64,000 nt of DNA from the human T2T-CHM13v2.0 reference genome, Homo sapiens. This document shows, piece after piece, positions 25,401 to 38,539 of the stretch. The translations under genes and the position numbers were made by a program. The notes beneath the pieces are model-generated. The model was not told where the DNA came from, did not search any database, and was given only the letters and a program-made list of their open reading frames with translations. How positions within the stretch are numbered: position 1 is the first letter of the stretch; each line of letters starts with the position of its first letter. Where the stretch lies: the NCBI RefSeq assembly GCF_009914755.1, contig NC_060947.1, one strand, 5' to 3'.

Positions 25401-28400
25401 AGATTCCAAAGAAAGAGAGTTTCAAAACTGCTCCATCAAAAGGATTGTTCAACTCTGTGAGTTGAATGCAGTCATCGCAGAAAACTTTCTGAGAATGCTT
25501 CTGTCTAGGTTTGAGGTGAAGATATAGACGTTTCAAACGAAGGCTACAAAGTGGTCAAAATATACACTTGCAGATTCTACTACAAGGGTGTTGCAAACCT
25601 GAACTATCAAAGGAAGGTTCAACTCTGTGAGTTGAATACAAACATCACAAAGAATGTTCTGAGTTTGCTTCCGTTCAGTTATGGGAAGTTGATCCCGTTT
25701 CCAACGAAATCCTCAGAGAGGTCCAAATATCCCCTTGCAGATTCTACAAAACGTGTGTTTGGAAACTGCTCCATCATAACGAATGTTCAGCTCTCTGAGT
25801 TAAACTCCATCGTCACAAAAAATTTTCTGAGAGTGCTACCGTCTGGTTTTTATATGAAGTTCTTTCCTTTACTACCACAGGCCTCAAAGCGGTCCAAATC
25901 TCCACTTGCAGATTCTACAAAAAGAGTGTTTGCAAACTGCTCTATCAAAAGGAATGTTCAACTCTGGGAGTTGAATGCAATCATCACAGAGCAGTTTCTG
26001 AGAATGCTTCTATGTCGTTTTTAGGAGAAGATATTTCCTTTTCCAACACAGTCCTCCAAGCCCGCTAAATATCCACTTGCACATTGTAGAAAAAGGGTGT
26101 CGAAGCTGCGCTATCAAAGGGAAAGTTCAACTCTGTGAGGTGAATGCAAACATCCCAAAGAAGTTTCTGAGAATGCTTCCGTTTAGCTTTTAGGTGAAGA
26201 TTATCCCGTTTCCAACGAAATCTTCAAAGAGGTCCAAATATCCCCTTGCGGATCCCACAGAAAGAGTGTTTCGAAACTGCTGTTTCAAAAGGAATCTTCA
26301 ACTCTGTGAGTTGAATGCAATCATCACAAAGAAGTTTCTGACAATGCTTCTCTCTCGTCTTTCTGTGAAGATAAAGGAAAAGGCTTTCAGGCCTTTTCCA
26401 CCACAGGCCTGAAAGCGCTCCAAATGTCCACTTGCAGATTCTGCCAAAAGAATATTTCAAAACTGCTCTATGAAAAGCAATGTTAAACTCTGTGGCTCGA
26501 ACACAAACATCACAAAGCCGTTTCTGAGAATGCTTCAGTTTAGTTTTTCTGTGGAAATATTCCCGTTTCCAAAGAAATCTTCAAAGAGGTCCACGTATCC
26601 ACTTACAGATTCTACAAAAAGACAGTTTCAAAACTGCTCAATCAAAAGGAGGGTTCAACCGTGTGACTTGAATGCAATCATCACTCAGAAGTTTCTGAGA
26701 ATGCTTCTCTTTAGTTTTTACGTGAACATATAACCGTTTCGAACGAAGGCCACCCAGTGGTCCAAATATCCACTTGCAGATTCTACAGAAAGAGTGTTTC
26801 GAACCTGAACTCTCAAAGGCAGGTTCATCTCTGCGAGTTCAATGCATTCATCCTGAAGAACTTTCTCAGAGTGTTTGTGTTTAGGTATGGGAAATTATTC
26901 CCGTTTCCAACGAAATCCTCAGAGAGGTCCAAATATCCACCTGCAGATTCTACCAAAAGTGTATTTGGAAACTGCTCCATCAAAAGGCATGTTCAGCTCT
27001 GTGAGTGAAACTCCATCATCACAAAGAATATTCTGAGAATGCTTCCGTTTGCCTTTTATATGAAGTTCCTTCCTATACTACCATAGGCCTCAAAGCAGTC
27101 CAAATCTCCATTTGCAGATTCTACAAAAAGAGTGATTCCAATCTGCTCTATCAATAGGATTGTTCAACACCATGAGTTGAATGCCATCCTCACAAAGTCG
27201 TTTCTGAGAATGCTTCTATCTAGTTTTTATGTGAAGATATTTCCTTTTCCACCACAGGCCTCAAAGCCCTCCAAACGTCCACTTGCAGATTCTCGAAAAA
27301 GAGTGTTTCATAGCTGCTCTTTCAAAAGGAAAGTTCAACTCTGGGAGTTGAATACAAACTTCACAAAGTAGTTTCCGAGAATGCTTCTGTTTATTTCTTA
27401 TGTGAAGATGATCCCGTTTCCAGTGAAATCTTCAAAGAGGTCCACATATCCCCTTGCAGATTCCAAAGAAAGAGGGTTTCAAAACTGCTCCATCAAAAGG
27501 ATTGTTCAGCTCTGTGAGTTGAATGCAGTCATCGCAGAAAACTTTCTGAGAATGCTTCTGTCTAGGTTTGAGGTGAAGATATAGACGTTTCAAACGAAGG
27601 CTACAAAGTGGTCAAAATATACACTTGCAGATTCTACTACAAGGGTGTTGCAAACCTCAACTATCAAAGGAAGGTTCAACTCTGTGAGTTGAATACAAAC
27701 ATCACAAAGAATGTTCTGAGTTTGCTTCCGTTCAGTTATGGGAAGTTGATCCCATTTCCAACGAAATCCTCAGAGAGGTCCAAATATCCCCTTGCAGATT
27801 CTACAAAACGTGTGTTTGGAAACTGCTCCATCATAAAGAATGTTCAGCTCTCTGAGTTTAACTCCATCGTCACAAAGAATTTTCTGAGAGTGCTACCGTC
27901 TGGTTTTTATATGAAGTTCTTTCCTTTACTACCACAGGCCTCAAAGCGGTCCAAATCTCCACTTGCAGATTCTACAAAAACAGTGTTTGCAAACTGCTCT
28001 ATCAAAAGGAATGTTCAACTCTGGGAGTTGAATGCAATCATCACAGAGCAGTTTCTGAGAATGCTTCTATGTCGTTTTTAGGAGAAGATATTTCCTTTTC
28101 CAACACAGTCCTCCAAGCCCGCTAAATATCCACTTGCACATTGTAGAAAAAGTGTGTCGAAGCTGCGCTATCAAAGGGAAAGTTCAACTCTGTGAGGTGA
28201 ATGCAAACATCCCAAAGAAGTTTCTGAGAATGCTTCCGTTTAGCTTTTAGGTGAAAATTATCCCGTTTCCAACGAAATCTTCAAAGAGGTCCAAATATCC
28301 CCTTGCGGATCCCACAGAAAGAGTGTTTCGAAACTGCTGTTTCAAAAGGAATCTTCAACTCTGTGAGTTGAATGCAATCATCACAAAGAAGTTTCTGACA

Positions 28401-31400
28401 ATGCTTCTCTCTCGTCTTTCTGTGAAGATAAAGGAAAAGGCTTTCAGGCCTTTTCCACCACAGGCCTGAAAGCGCTCCAAATGTCCACTTGCAGATTCTG
28501 CCAAAAGAATATTTCAAAACTGCTCTATGAAAAGCAATGTTAAACTCTGTGGCTCGAACACAAACATCACAAAGCAGTTTCTGAGAATGCTTCAGTTTAG
28601 TTTTTCTGTGGAAATATTCCCGTTTCGAAAGAAATCTTCAAAGAGGTCCACGCATCCACTTACAGATTCTACAAAAAGACAGTTTCAAAACTGCTCAATC
28701 AAAAGGAGGGTTCAACCGTGTGACTTGAATGCAATCATCACTCAGAAGTTTCTGAGAATGCTTCTCTTTAGTTTTTACGTGAACATATACCCGTTTCGAA
28801 CGAAGGCCACCCAGTGGTCCAAATATCCACTTGCAGATTCTACAGAAAGAGTGTTTCGAACCTGAACTCTCAAAGGCAGGTTCATCTCTGCGAGTTCAAT
28901 GCATTCAACATGAAGAACTTTCTCAGCGTGTTTGTGTTTAGTTATGGGAAATTATTGCCGTTTCCAACGAAATCCTCAGAGAGGTCCAAATATCCACCTG
29001 CAGATTCTACCAAAAGTGTATTTGGAAACTGCTCCATCAAAAGGCATGTTCAGCTCTGTGAGTGAAACTCCATCATCACAAAGAATATTCTGAGAATGCT
29101 TCCGTTTGCCTTTTATATGAAGTTCCTTCCTATACTACCGTAGGCCTCAAAGCAGTCCAAATCTCCATTTGCAGATTCTACAAAAAGAGTGATTCCAATC
29201 TGCTCTATCAATAGGATTGTTCAACTCCATGATTTGAATGCCATCCTCACAAAGTCGTTTGTGAGAATGCTTCTATCTAGTTTTTATGTGAAGATATTTC
29301 CTTTTCCACCACAGGCCTCAAAGCCCTCCAAACGTCCACTTGCAGATTCTCGAAAAAGAGTGTTTCATAGCTGCTCTTTCAAAAGGAAAGTTCAACTCTG
29401 GGAGTTGAATACAAACATCACAAAGTAGTTTCCGAGAATGCTTCTGTTTAGTTCTTATGTGAAGATGATCCCGTTTCCAGTGAAATCTTCAAAGAGGTCC
29501 ACATATCCCCTTGCAGATTCCAAAGAAAGAGGGTTTCAAAACTGCTCCATCAAAAGGATTGTTCAACTCTGTGAGTTGAATGCAGTCATCGCAGAAAACT
29601 TTCTGAGAATGCTTCTGTCTAGGTTTGAGGTGAAGATATAGACGTTTCAAACGAAGGCTACAAAGTGGTCAAAATATACACTTGCAGATTCTACTACAAG
29701 GGTGTTGCAAACTTCAACTATCAAAGGAAGGTTCAACTCTGTGAGTTGAATACAAACATCACAAAGAATGTTCTGAGTTTGCTTCCGTTCAGTTATGGGA
29801 AATTGATCCCGTTTCCAACGAAATCCTCAGAGAGGTCCAAATATCCCCTTGCAGATTCTACGAAACGTGTGTTTGGAAACTGCTCCATCATAACGAATGT
29901 TCAGCTCTCTGAGTTAAACTCCATCGTCACAAAGAATTTTCTGAGAGTGCTACCGTCTGGTTTTTATATGAAGTTCTTTCCTTTACTACCACAGGCCTCA
30001 AAGCGGTCCAAATCTCCACTTGCAGATTCTACAAAAACAGTGTTTGCAAACTGCTCTATCAAAAGGAATGTTCAACTCTGGGAGTTGAATGCAATCATCA
30101 CAGAGCAGTTTCTGAGAATGCTTCTATGTCGTTTTTAGGAGAAGATATTTCCTTTTCCAACACAGTCCTCCAAGCCCGCTAAATGTCCACTTGCACACTT
30201 TAGAAAAAGTGTGTCGAAGCTGCGCTATCAAAGGGAAAGTTCAACTCTGTGAGGTGAATGCAAACATCCCAAAGAAGTTTCTGAGAATGCTTCCGTTTAG
30301 CTTTTAGGTGAAGATTATCCCGTTTCCAACGAAACCTTCAAAGAGGTCCAAATATCCCCTTGCGGATCCCACAGAAAGAGTGTTTCGAAACTGCTGTTTC
30401 AAAAGGAATCTTCAACTCTGTGAGTTGAATGCAATCATCACAAAGAAGTTTCTGACAATGCTTCTCTCTCGTCTTTCTGTGAAGATAAAGGAAAAGGCTT
30501 TCAGGCCTTTTCCACCACAGGCCTGAAAGCGCTCCAAATGTCCACTTGCAGATTCTGCCAAAAGAATATTTCAAAACTGCTCTATGAAAAGCAATGTTAA
30601 ACTCTGTGGCTCGAACACAAACATCACAAAGCGGTTTCTGAGAATGCTTCAGTTTAGTTTTTCTGTGGAAATATTCCCGTTTCGAAAGAAATCTTCAAAG
30701 AGGTCCACGTATCCACTTACAGATTCTACAAAAAGACAGTTTCAAAACTGCTCCATCAAAAGGAGGGTTCAACTGTGTGACTTGAATGCAATCATCACTC
30801 AGAAGTTTCTGAGAACGCTTCTGTTTAGTTTTTACGTGAACATATAGCCGTTTCGAACGAAGGCCACCCAGTGGTCCAAATATCCACTTGCAGATTCTAC
30901 AGAAAGAGTGTTTCGAACCTGAACTCTCAAAGGCAGGTTCATCTCTGCGAGTTCAATGCATTCATCATGAAGAACTTTCTCAGCGTGTTTGTGTTTAGTT
31001 ATGGGAAATTATTCCCGTTTCCAACGAAATCCTCAGAGAGCTCCAAATATCCACCTGCAGATTCTACCAAAAGTGTATTTGGAAACTGCTCCATGAAAAG
31101 GCATGTTCAGCTCTGTGAGTGAAACTCCATCATCACAAAGAATATTCTGAGAATGCTTCCGTTTGCCTTTTATATGAAGTTCCTTCCTATACTACCGTAG
31201 GCCTCAAAGCAGTCCAAATCTCCATTTGCAGATTCTACAAAAAGAGTGATTCCAATCTGCTCTATCAATAGGATTGTTCAACTCCATGAGTTGAATGCCA
31301 TCCTCACAAAGTCGTTTCTGAGAATGCTTCTATCTAGTTTTTATGTGAAGATATTTCCTTTTCCACCACAGGCCTCAAAGCCCTCCAAACGTCCACTTGC

Positions 31401-34400
31401 AGATTCTCGAAAAAGAGTGTTTCATAGCTGCTCTTTCAAAAGGAATGTTCAACTCTGGGAGTTGAATACAAACATCACAAAGTCGTTTCGGAGAATGCTT
31501 CTGTTTAGTTCTTATGTGAAGATGATCCCGTTTCCAGTGAAATCTTCAAAGAGGTCCACATATCCCCTTGCAGATTCCAAAGAAAGAGGGTTTCAAAACT
31601 GCTCCATCAAAAGGATTGTTCAACTCTGTGAGTTGAATGCAGTCATCGCAGAAAACTTTCTGAGAATGCTTCTGTCTAGGTTTGAGGTGAAGATATAGAC
31701 GTTTCAAACGAAGGCTACAAAGTGGTCAAAATATACACTTGCAGATTCTACTACAAGGGTGTTGCAAACCTGAACTATCAAAGGAAGGTTCAACTCTGTG
31801 AGTTGAATACAAACATCACAAAGAATGTTCTGAGTTTGCTTCCGTTCAGTTATGGGAAGTTGATCCCGTTTCCAACGAAATCCTCAGAGAGGTCCAAATA
31901 TCCCCTTGCAGATTCTACAAAACGTGTGATTGGAAACTGCTCCATCATAACGAATGTTCAGCTCTCTGAGTTAAACTCCATCGTCACAAAAAATTTTCTG
32001 AGAGTGCTACCGTCTGGTTTTTATATGAAGTTCTTTCCTTTACTACCTCAGGCCTCAAAGCGGTCCAAATCTCCACTTGCAGATTCTACAAAAACAGTGT
32101 TTGCAAACTGCTCTATCAAAAGGAATGTTCAACTCTGGGAGTTGAATGCAATCATCACAGAGCAGTTTCTGAGAATGCTTCTATGTCGTTTTTAGGAGAA
32201 GATATTTCCTTTTCCAACACAGTCCTCCAAGCCCGCTAAATATCCACTTGCACATTGTAGAAAAAGGGTGTCGAAGCTGCGCTATCAAAGGGAAAGTTCA
32301 ACTCTGTGAGGTGAATGCAAACATCCCAAAGAAGTTTCTGAGAATGCTTCCGTTTAGCTTTTAGGTGAAGATTATCCCGTTTCCAACGAAATCTTCAAAG
32401 AGGTCCAAATATCCCCTTGCGGATCCCACAGAAAGAGTGTTTCGAAACTGCTGTTTCAAAAGGAATCTTCAACTCTGTGAGTTGAATGCAATCATCACAA
32501 AGAAGTTTCTGACAATGCTTCTCTCTCGTCTTTCTGTGAAGATAAAGGAAAAGGCTTTCAGGCCTTTTCCACCACAGGCCTGAAAGCGCTCCAAATGTCC
32601 ACTTGCAGATTCTGCCAAAAGAATATTTCAAAACTGCTCTATGAAAAGCAATGTTAAACTCTGTGGCTCGAACACAAACATCACAAAGCCGTTTCTGAGA
32701 ATGCTTCAGTTTAGTTTTTCTGTGGAAATATTCCCGTTTCGAAAGAAATCTTCAAAGAGGTCCACGTATCCACTTACAGATTCTACAAAAAGACAGTTTC
32801 AAAACTGCTCAATCAAAAGGAGGGTTCAACCGTGTGACTTGAATGCAATCATCACTCAGAAGTTTCTGAGAATGCTTCTCTTTAGTTTTTACGTGAACAT
32901 ATAACCGTTTCGAACGAAGGCCACCCAGTGGTCCAAATATCCACTTGCAGATTCTACAGAAAGAGTGTTTCGAACCTGAACTCTCAAAGGCAGGTTCATC
33001 TCTGCGAGTTCAATGCATTCATCCTGAAGAACTTTCTCAGAGTGTTTGTGTTTAGGTATGGGAAATTATTCCCGTTTCCAACGAAATCCTCAGAGAGGTC
33101 CAAATATCCACCTGCAGATTCTACCAAAAGTGTATTTGGAAACTGCTCCATCAAAAGGCATGTTCAGCTCTGTGAGTGAAACTCCATCATCACAAAGAAT
33201 ATTCTGAGAATGCTTCCGTTTGCCTTTTATATGAAGTTCCTTCCTATACTACCATAGGCCTCAAAGCAGTCCAAATCTCCATTTGCAGATTCTACAAAAA
33301 GAGTGATTCCAATCTGCTCTATCAATAGGATTGTTCAACTCCATGAGTTGAATGCCATCCTCACAAAGTCGTTTCTGAGAATGCTTCTATCTAGTTTTTA
33401 TGTGAAGATATTTCCTTTTCCACCACAGGCCTCAAAGCCCTCCAAACGTCCACTTGCAGATTCTCGAAAAAGAGTGTTTCATAGCTGCTCTTTCAAAAGG
33501 AAAGTTCAACTCTGGGAGTTGAATACAAACTTCACAAAATAGTTTCCGAGAATGCTTCTGTTTATTTCTTATGTGAAGATGATCCCGTTTCCAGTGAAAT
33601 CTTCAAAGAGGTCCACATATCCCCTTGCAGATTCCAAAGAAAGAGGGTTTCAAAACTGCTCCATCAAAAGGATTGTTCAGCTCTGTGAGTTGAATGCAGT
33701 CATCGCAGAAAACTTTCTGAGAATGCTTCTGTCTAGGTTTGAGGTGAAGATATAGACGTTTCAAACGAAGGCTACAAAGTGGTCAAAATATACACTTGCA
33801 GATTCTACTACAAGGGTGTTGCAAACCTCAACTATCAAAGGAAGGTTCAACTCTGTGAGTTGAATACAAACATCACAAAGAATGTTCTGAGTTTGCTTCC
33901 GTTCAGTTATGGGAAGTTGATCCCATTTCCAACGAAATCCTCAGAGAGGTCCAAATATCCCCTTGCAGATTCTACAAAACGTGTGTTTGGAAACTGCTCC
34001 ATCATAAAGAATGTTCAGCTCTCTGAGTTTAACTCCATCGTCACAAAGAATTTTCTGAGAGTGCTACCGTCTGGTTTTTATATGAAGTTCTTTCCTTTAC
34101 TACCACAGGCCTCAAAGCGGTCCAAATCTCCACTTGCAGATTCTACAAAAACAGTGTTTGCAAACTGCTCTATCAAAAGGAATGTTCAACTCTGGGAGTT
34201 GAATGCAATCATCACAGAGCAGTTTCTGAGAATGCTTCTATGTCGTTTTTAGGAGAAGATATTTCCTTTTCCAACACAGTCCTCCAAGCCCGCTAAATGT
34301 CCACTTGCACACTTTAGAAAAAGTGTGTCGAAGCTGCGCTATCAAAGGGAAAGTTCAACTCTGTGTGGTGAATGCAAACATCCCAAAGAAGTTTCTGAGA

Positions 34401-37400
34401 ATGCTTCCGTTTAGCTTTTAGGTGAAGATTATCCCGTTTCCAACGAAACCTTCAAAGAGGTCCAAATATCCCCTTGCGGATCCCACAGAAAGAGTGTTTC
34501 GAAACTGCTGTTTCAAAAGGAATCTTCAACTCTGTGAGTTGAATGCAATCATCACAAAGAAGTTTCTGACAATGCTTCTCTCTCGTCTTTCTGTGAAGAT
34601 AAAGGAAAAGGCTTTCAGGCCTTTTCCACCACTGGCCTGAAAGCGCTCCAAATGTCCACTTGCAGATTCTGCCAAAAGAATATTTCAAAACTGCTCTATG
34701 AAAAGCAATGTTAAACTCTGTGGCTCGAACACAAACATCACAAAGCGGTTTCTGAGAATGCTTCAGTTTAGTTTTTCTGTGGAAATATTCCCGTTTCCAA
34801 AGAAATCTTCAAAGAGGTCCACGTATCCACTTACAGATTCTACAAAAAGACAGTTTCAAAACTGCTCCATCAAAAGGAGGGTTCAACTGTGTGACTTGAA
34901 TGCAATCATCACTCTGAAGTTTCTGAGAACGCTTCTCTTTAGTTTTTAGGTGAACATATACCCGTTTCGAACGAAGGCCACCCAGTGGTCCAAATATCCA
35001 CTTGCAGATTCTACAGAAAGAGTGTTTCGAACCTGAACTCTCAAAGGCAGGTTCATCTCTGCGAGTTCAATGCATTCATCATGAAGAACTTTCTCAGCGT
35101 GTTTGTGTTTAGTTATGGAAAATTATTCCCGTTTCCAACGAAATCCTCAGAGAGCTCCAAATATCCACCTGCAGATTCTACCAAAAGTGTATTTGGAAAC
35201 TGCTCCATGAAAAGGCATGTTCAGCTCTGTGAGTGAAACTCCATCATCACAAAGAATATTCTGAGAATGCTTCCGTTTGCCTTTTATATGAAGTTCCTTC
35301 CTATACTACCGTAGGCCTCAAAGCAGTCCAAATCTCCATTTGCAGATTCTACAAAAAGAGTGATTCCAATCTGCTCTATCAATAGGATTGTTCAACTCCA
35401 TGAGTTGAATGCCATCCTCACAAAGTCGTTTCTGAGAATGCTTCTATCTAGTTTTTATGTGAAGATATTTCCTTTTCCACCACAGGCCTCAAAGCCCTCC
35501 AAACGTCCACTTGCAGATTCTCGAAAAAGAGTGTTTCATAGCTGCTCTTTCAAAAGGAATGTTCAACTCTGGGAGTTGAATACAAACATCACAAAGTAGT
35601 TTCCGAGAATGCTTCTGTTTAGTTCTTATGTGAAGATGATCCCGTTTCCAGTGAAATCTTCAAAGAGGTCCACATATCCCCTTGCAGATTCCAAAGAAAG
35701 AGGGTTTCAAAACTGCTCCATCAGAAGGATTGTTCAACTCTGTGAGTTGAATGCAGTCATCGCAGAAAACTTTCTGAGAATGCTTCTGTCTAGGTTTGAT
35801 GTGAAGATATAGACGTTTCAAACGAAGGCTACAAAGTGGTCAAAATATACACTTGCAGATTCTACTACAAGGGTGTTGCAAACCTGAACTATCAAAGGAA
35901 GGTTCAACTCTGTGAGTTGAATACAAACATCGCAAAGAATGCTCTGAGTTTGCTTCCGTTTAGTTATGGGAAGTTGATCCCGTTTCCAACGAAATCCTCA
36001 GAGAGGTCCAAATATCCCCTTGCAGATTCTACAAAACGTGTGTTTGGAAACTGCTCCATCATAACGAATGTTCAGCTCTCTGAGTTAAACTCCATCGTCA
36101 CAAAGAATTTTCTGAGAGTGCTACCGTCTGGTTTTTATATGAAGTTCTTTCCTTTACTACCACAGGCCTCAAAGCGGTCCAAATCTCCACTGGCAGATTC
36201 TACAAAAAGAGTGTTTGCAAACTGCTCTATCAAAAGGAATGTTCAACTCTGGGAGTTGAATGCAATCATCACAGAGCAGTTTCTGAGAATGCTTCTATGT
36301 CGTTTTTAGGAGAAGATATTTCCTTTTCCAACACAGTCCTCCAAGCCCGCTAAATATCCACTTGCACATTGTAGAAAAAGGGTGTCGAAGCTGCGCTATC
36401 AAAGGGAAAGTTCAAGTCTGTGAGGTGAATGCAAACATCCCAAAGAAGTTTCTGAGAATGCTTCCGTTTAGCTTTTAGGTGAAGATTATCCCGTTTCCAA
36501 CGAAATCTTCAAAGAGGTCCAAATATCCCCTTGCGGATCCCACAGAAAGAGTGTTTCGAAACTGCTGTTTCAAAAGGAATCTTCAACTCTGTGAGTTGAA
36601 TGCAATCATCACAAAGAAGTTTCTGACAATGCTTCTCTCTCGTCTTTCTGTGAAGATAAAGGAAAAGGCTTTCAGGCCTTTTCCACCACAGGCCTGAAAG
36701 CGCTCCAAATGTCCACTTGCAGATTCTGCCAAAAGAATATTTCAAAACTGCTCTATGAAAAGCAATGTTAAACTCTGTGGCTCGAACACAAACATCACAA
36801 AGCCGTTTCTGAGAATGCTTCAGTTTAGTTTTTCTGTGGAAATATTCCCGTTTCCAAAGAAATCTTCAAAGAGGTCCACGTATCCACTTACAGATTCTAC
36901 AAAAAGACAGTTTCAAAACTGCTCAATCAAAAGGAGGGTTCAACCGTGTGACTTGAATGCAATCATCACTCAGAAGTTTCTGAGAATGCTTCTCTTTAGT
37001 TTTTACGTGAACATATAACCGTTTCGAACGAAGGCCACACAGTGGTCCAAATATCCACTTGCAGATTCTACAGAAAGAGTGTTTCGAACCTGAACTCTCA
37101 AAGGCAGGTTCATCTCTGCGAGTTCAATGCATTCATCATGAAGAACTTTCTCAGAGTGTTTGTGTTTAGGTATGGGAAATTATTCCCGTTTCCAACGAAA
37201 TCCTCAGAGAGCTCCAAATATCCACCTGCAGATTCTACCAAAAGTGTATTTGGAAACTGCTCCATCAAAAGGCATGTTCAGCTCTGTGAGTGAAACTCCA
37301 TCATCACAAAGAATATTCTGAGAATGCTTCCGTTTGCCTTTTATATGAAGTTCCTTCCTATACTACCGTAGGCCTCAAAGCAGTCCAAATCTCCATTTGC

Positions 37401-38539
37401 AGATTCTACAAAAAGAGTGATTCCAATCTGCTCTATCAATAGGATTGTTCAACTCCATGAGTTGAATGCCATCCTCACAAAGTCGTTTCTGAGAATGCTT
37501 CTATCTAGTTTTTATGTGAAGATATTTCCTTTTCCACCACAGGCCTCAAAGCCCTCCAAACGTCCACTTGCAGATTCTCGAAAAAGAGTGTTTCATAGCT
37601 GCTCTTTCAAAAGGAAAGTTCAACTCTGGGAGTTGAATACAAACTTCACAAAGTAGTTTCCGAGAATGCTTCTGTTTATTTCTTATGTGAAGATGATCCC
37701 GTTTCCAGTGAAATCTTCAAAGAGGTCCACATATCCCCTTGCAGATTCCAAAGAAAGAGGGTTTCAAAACTGCTCCATCAAAAGGATTGTTCAGCTCTGT
37801 GAGTTGAATGCAGTCATCGCAGAAAACTTTCTGAGAATGCTTCTGTCTAGGTTTGAGGTGAAGATATAGACGTTTCAAACGAAGGCTACAAAGTGGTCAA
37901 AATATACACTTGCAGATTCTACTACAAGGGTGTTGCAAACCTCAACTATCAAAGGAAGGTTCAACTCTGTGAGTTGAATACAAACATCACAAAGAATGTT
38001 CTGAGTTTGCTTCCGTTCAGTTATGGGAAGTTGATCCCATTTCCAACGAAATCCTCAGAGAGGTCCAAATATCCCCTTGCAGATTCTACAAAACGTGTGT
38101 TTGGAAACTGCTCCATCATAAAGAATGTTCAGCTCTCTGAGTTAAACTCCATCGTCACAAAGAATTTTCTGAGAGTGCTACCGTCTGGTTTTTATATGAA
38201 GTTCTTTCCTTTACTACCACAGGCCTCAAAGCGGTCCAAATCTCCACTTGCAGATTCTACAAAAACAGTGTTTGCAAACTGCTCTATCATTAGGAATGTT
38301 CAACTCTGGGAGTTGAATGCAATCATCACAGAGCAGTTTCTGAGAATGCTTCTATGTCGTTTTTAGGAGAAGATATTTCCTTTTCCAACACAGTCCTCCA
38401 AGCCCGCTAAATATCCACTTGCACATTGTAGAAAAAGTGTGTCGAAGCTGCGCTATCAAAGGGAAAGTTCAACTCTGTGAGGTGAATGCAAACATCCCAA
38501 AGAAGTTTCTGAGAATGCTTCCGTTTAGCTTTTAGGTGA

